DNA of 42,298 bases from Clostridia bacterium (GTDB lineage: Bacteria > Bacillota > Clostridia > TANB77 > CAG-508). The number at the start of each line of letters is the position of its first letter. Position 1 is the first letter of the stretch. Of the stretch, positions 39,282-42,298 are shown piece by piece. The translations under genes were made by a program, and so were the position numbers. The stretch is taken from the NCBI GenBank assembly GCA_030539155.1, contig JAUNSP010000003.1, positions 1 through 42,298 on the forward strand, read 5' to 3'. The notes beneath the pieces are model-generated. The model did no database searches. It was given only the letters and a program-made list of their open reading frames with translations, and was not told the DNA's origin.

Positions 39282-40475
39282 TTAATCATCAATAATCTCC
39301 GCATTTACCTGTCCATCATTAAATATAATATTTACAATATCCCCCTTATTTAGCATATCTTTCGATTTTATAATTTTTCCGCCTTTTTGAGTTATGCTAT
39401 ATCCCCTTATCAAAGTTTTTAATGGACTTAAAGTATCTAATTTTGAAACAATCTCTCCCATCTTCAATTTTTCATAATTAACTTTGTTTTTTACTAATAG
39501 TATCATTTTTTTAATCTGAGTATCCGTTAAAATAAATTTTTCATTTATCTTGAACAATGGTTCTTTAAAAAATCTACTTTCCATGCATCTATCAAATTTA
39601 TACTTCATCATCTCTATTTTCTTTTTTAATGCTAATTTGTATCTAGTATTACAAGTTTCTAATTTCAGTAATATATCTGAAATGTTTGGTACAGCAAGTT
39701 CTGCTGCAGCTGATGGGGTAGGAGCTCTCAAATCTGCAACAAAATCAGATATAGTAAAATCTGTTTCATGACCTACCGCTGATATTATTGGCAATTCAGA
39801 ATTAAATATTGCCCTTGCTACAATTTCCTCATTAAATGGCCACAAATCCTCTAAAGATCCTCCTCCTCTAGCAAGTATAATCACATCCACTAATTTTTTT
39901 TCATTCATTATCTTTATTGCCTCTACTATCTTTTCTGCCGCTCCCTCTCCTTGCACTGGAACCGATAAGAGTTTTATATTTACTTTCGGGTTCCTTCTAG
40001 TTGAAACATTTATTATATCCTTAATTACAGATCCCGTATTTGAGGTAAGTACTCCTATACTATTAGGCATAAAAGGAATTTTTTTCTTTTTACTTAAATC
40101 AAAAAGTCCCTCTTGCTCCAAATCTTTTTTTAGTTTTTCATATCTTTTATATAATGTTCCAATTCCTTGTTCTTCCATCGCTTTACAATATATTTGATAT
40201 ACGCCATCCCTTTCATAGACTGATACGGTTCCTAAAATAATTACTCGCATACCATCTTTCGGATTAAAAGATAAATTTGTAGTATAGCCCTTAAACATTA
40301 TACATTTTATTAATGAATTTTCATCCTTTAAAGTAAAATACATATGTCCTGTATAGTGATGCTTAAAATTTGATATTTCACCCTTCACTAAAACATTATT
40401 CAAAAACTCATCAGTTGCAATTTTATTTTTTATATATAAATTTAAATCTGCAACTGTCATCGCTTCTTGTTTCAT
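39282..40475 (-). CDS. xseA: Exodeoxyribonuclease VII large subunit
   Basis: N-terminal OB fold (VKGEISNFKHHYTGHMYFTLKD), the catalytic core ARGGGSLEDLWPFN, and a helical C-terminus. Confidence 0.93.
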   Translation of the reverse strand: MKQEAMTVADLNLYIKNKIATDEFLNNVLVKGEISNFKHHYTGHMYFTLKDENSLIKCIMFKGYTTNLSFNPKDGMRVIILGTVSVYERDGVYQIYCKAMEEQGIGTLYKRYEKLKKDLEQEGLFDLSKKKKIPFMPNSIGVLTSNTGSVIKDIINVSTRRNPKVNIKLLSVPVQGEGAAEKIVEAIKIMNEKKLVDVIILARGGGSLEDLWPFNEEIVARAIFNSELPIISAVGHETDFTISDFVADLRAPTPSAAAELAVPNISDILLKLETCNTRYKLALKKKIEMMKYKFDRCMESRFFKEPLFKINEKFILTDTQIKKMILLVKNKVNYEKLKMGEIVSKLDTLSPLKTLIRGYSITQKGGKIIKSKDMLNKGDIVNIIFNDGQVNAEIIDD

Positions 40476-40477
40476 TT

Positions 40478-40909
40478 TTAAGAATCCTCCATTTTATCTT
40501 CTGCAAACTTTTTTTCTCTTACGATACTTGCAAATATCCCATTTATAAAATTTCCTGAAGTATCCTCTCCATATTTTTTTGCAAGTTCCACTGTTTCATT
40601 TATAACAACCTTATAAGGAACTTCTCTATATATCATTTCATATATTCCCAACTTAAGTATTGCTAAATCTATCTTTGAAATTCTACTCATATTCCAAGAT
40701 TCTTTTAGATTTTTCTGTATTAATTCATTTATTACATTCTCTTTTTCAATAACACCTTCATTTATATCGTTAATATATTTTTTTACTTCGTCATCATCTA
40801 TTTCGTTTGCTTGCATAAATAAATCTATTTGTTCCTTTTTATCTTCTTTTTGCATTTCTAAACTATATAACAATTTAAAAGCCAAGACTCTAGCATCTGT
40901 CATTTTCAT
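40478..40909 (-). CDS. nusB: Transcription antitermination factor NusB
   Basis: ARVLAFKLLYSLE N-terminus, ILKLGIYEM, and VINETVELAKKYG. Confidence 0.9.
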   Translation of the reverse strand: MKMTDARVLAFKLLYSLEMQKEDKKEQIDLFMQANEIDDDEVKKYINDINEGVIEKENVINELIQKNLKESWNMSRISKIDLAILKLGIYEMIYREVPYKVVINETVELAKKYGEDTSGNFINGIFASIVREKKFAEDKMEDS

Positions 40910-40932
40910 ATATTTTTCTACCTTCCTACAAC

Positions 40933-41136
40933 CTATAATTTATCAATAAAATTTTTTATTTTATCTTTTACTTCATGTTTATTGTTTTGCACATAATTGC
41001 CTGCAATAATTCCTAAAGTAACTAATATTACTCCTAGTATAAAATGATAAAATCCTGTTCCCCATATTAATATAGCAATTATCGCACCTATTATAGCACC
41101 TTTAAACTTTCCCCAAAACTCTTTCAAACTATCCAT
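40933..41136 (-). CDS. DUF2273 small integral membrane protein
   Basis: 67 aa with two TM segments (GAIIGAIIAILIW..., ILGVILVTLGIIAGNY), in the standard position after amaP. Confidence 0.75.
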   Translation of the reverse strand: MDSLKEFWGKFKGAIIGAIIAILIWGTGFYHFILGVILVTLGIIAGNYVQNNKHEVKDKIKNFIDKL

Positions 41137-41152
41137 CTCTATGCCTCCATTT

Positions 41153-41695
41153 CTAATTATTTTCTATATTTTTTATACTTATATTAACTTCTTTTACATC
41201 TAAGTCTGATGAAATTTTTACAGTCTCCTTTACTCTTTGTTGTAAATTGTTTGACAATTCTTTTATTACAGCTCCTTGTTTTACCGTTAATACTGCATTT
41301 ATAATCAGATTATTTGTACCTTCCTCTAAAACAATTCTATTTGTTGATTTTTCAACATTTTCAAAACCCTTAATAACGTTGTTCACAAGATTTTCTAATG
41401 TTTCCTTTGTAATTAAAAGTTTCCCATCTGAATTTTGCAATAAAATTCCATCCTTTACCCTCATCTTGTCCTTTTTATCTATATCGAAAAAGATTCCTCT
41501 TATTGATAAAATTATACACACTGCAAATATAATAAGTATCGTACCCGCAGCTGATGGTGTTGCTATCAATGCTGCTAAAAATGTTGCTAGCGTTGCTATA
41601 CTTATCCATCCAAAAATTATTAAACATCCTATTATTGATGTTATTAATATTAATACTGAAAATATTATTATTGATATTTTATTTATTATTCCCAT
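41153..41695 (-). CDS. amaP: Alkaline shock response membrane anchor protein AmaP
   Basis: Two N-terminal TM helices followed by an Asp23-like soluble region, immediately downstream of the Asp23-family gene. Confidence 0.75.
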   Translation of the reverse strand: MGIINKISIIIFSVLILITSIIGCLIIFGWISIATLATFLAALIATPSAAGTILIIFAVCIILSIRGIFFDIDKKDKMRVKDGILLQNSDGKLLITKETLENLVNNVIKGFENVEKSTNRIVLEEGTNNLIINAVLTVKQGAVIKELSNNLQQRVKETVKISSDLDVKEVNISIKNIENN

Positions 41696-41709
41696 TTCTT
41701 ATTTCCCCC

Positions 41710-42156
41710 TTATATTTCTTCATTTTCTTCGTCATCATTATCACTTATTGCAACTTCTTGTTCTTCATTACTGTTCGTATGAACCCCTTGTATGTGCACA
41801 TTAATCTCTGTAACTTTTAATCCCGTCATCGCCTCAACAGATTTTTTTACCTTATTCTGAATTTCAAAAGCCACATCAGGTATTCTAACACCATAGTCAA
41901 CAATAATATTTACATCAATCTTTGCAAGCTTATCCGTTGCCTCAACCTTTATTCCCTTAGAATAATTTTTTTTCCCGCTTAGTGCCTCTGATATTCCACC
42001 TGCAAAACTTTTTGCCATTCCATAAACTCCCTGAACCTCTGATACAGCCATTCCTGCAATCACAGATATAACATCATCTGCAATTTTAATTTCGCTATTT
42101 GATTCTTCTAAATCTGTAAAATCTTCTACCTTCTCTTCTAATTCATCTTTCTCCAT
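41710..42156 (-). CDS. Asp23/Gls24-family envelope stress protein
   Basis: IADDVISVIAGMAVSEVQGVYGM and VDVNIIVDYGVRIPDVAFEIQNKVK are hallmark Asp23 sequence. The C-terminal tail is acidic. Confidence 0.88.
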   Translation of the reverse strand: MEKDELEEKVEDFTDLEESNSEIKIADDVISVIAGMAVSEVQGVYGMAKSFAGGISEALSGKKNYSKGIKVEATDKLAKIDVNIIVDYGVRIPDVAFEIQNKVKKSVEAMTGLKVTEINVHIQGVHTNSNEEQEVAISDNDDEENEEI

Positions 42157-42188
42157 ACCTTTTCCTCCTTAAAAATCTATTCCTATAT

Positions 42189-42217
42189 AGTATATCAATT
42201 TATTTTATTTTTTACAA
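42189..42217 (-). promoter_or_regulatory. Promoter for the asp23-amaP-nusB-xse gene array
   Basis: On the minus strand: TTGTAA (42212-42217), a 17-bp spacer, then TATACT (42189-42194). It lies about 30 nt upstream of AAGGAGG and the ATG. Confidence 0.5.
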
Positions 42218-42298
42218 CCATTTTTTGAAATTTTTTGAATTTTGGTTAATTTAAGTTGCGATGTCCGTTTTTGTTTTTTTCATTTTTACACAAAAACC

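Noticed and set aside
41247-41804. A 185-aa plus-strand ORF, and similar long plus-strand ORFs at 3948-4400, 5025-5468, 13680-14060, 14925-15251, 15273-15692, 22285-22746 and 38803-39138.
   Set aside because: All lie antisense to well-supported conserved minus-strand genes. They are low-complexity (rich in F, I, L, S) and lack RBSs. Their reading frame is the stop-poor antisense frame typical of AT-rich coding DNA, so they are artefacts.
42267-42298. An 8-bp hairpin (GTTTTTGT/ACAAAAAC) and a 10-codon ATG ORF at the right edge of the window.
   Set aside because: The window boundary cuts it off. It has a large loop, no U-tract and no RBS, so it cannot be evaluated. It is probably the tail of the upstream gene's spacer.
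1-42298. A window-wide check for CRISPR arrays, IS elements or transposases, integrases, phage modules, toxin-antitoxin pairs, restriction-modification or other defence genes, and for an alternative genetic code.
   Set aside because: I saw no spaced direct-repeat arrays, no recombinase- or nuclease-like orphan ORFs, and no terminal inverted repeats. Long conserved ORFs are uninterrupted under the standard bacterial code, so TGA is not being read as Trp. This was a by-eye scan only and no repeat-finder was run.

Overview
This is a very AT-rich window (judged by eye, not computed). It reads as ordinary core chromosome of a low-GC Bacillota, probably Clostridia-like. I support about 40 protein genes, and all but two are on the minus strand with very short intergenic gaps. 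There are also two plus-strand tRNA genes at the left edge: a CAU-anticodon tRNA that looks like tRNA-Ile2, and tRNA-Tyr. Recognisable genes in window order are: IMPase-family phosphatase, YnbB-like PLP enzyme, WG-repeat protein, CNNM/TlyC-type transporter, rpiA, ftsH, tilS, dnaB, rplI, a CofE-fold protein, a frameshifted P-type Ca2+-ATPase, a TrmH-family methyltransferase, mfd, gpsA, plsY, der, a mini LPXTG protein, a cyclophilin, tyrS, glyQS, a SecF-like/SecD-like pair, holA, ruvC, a glycogen-debranching-type glucosidase, rlmB, fhs, a YuiD-like PAP2 protein, xseB, xseA, nusB, and the DUF2273/AmaP/Asp23 stress module. I saw no CRISPR array, transposase, integrase, prophage block, rRNA, riboswitch-sized leader or recognisable defence system, so I cannot honestly claim a new multi-gene system. 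The observations most worth follow-up are listed here. (1) The SecD/SecF-like pair appears to have lost the conserved proton-path residues and the last two SecF TM helices. (2) There are two separate 1-nt frame problems at homopolymer runs, one splitting the Ca2+-ATPase and one affecting the tilS start. (3) An untracked 57-codon single-TM ORF sits exactly between xseA and xseB. (4) tyrS and glyQS have no room for T-box leaders. (5) Several membrane-anchored or orphan proteins have no family I can name (464 aa, 226 aa, 147 aa, 96 aa). All family assignments come from motif recognition by eye and need HMM/BLAST confirmation.
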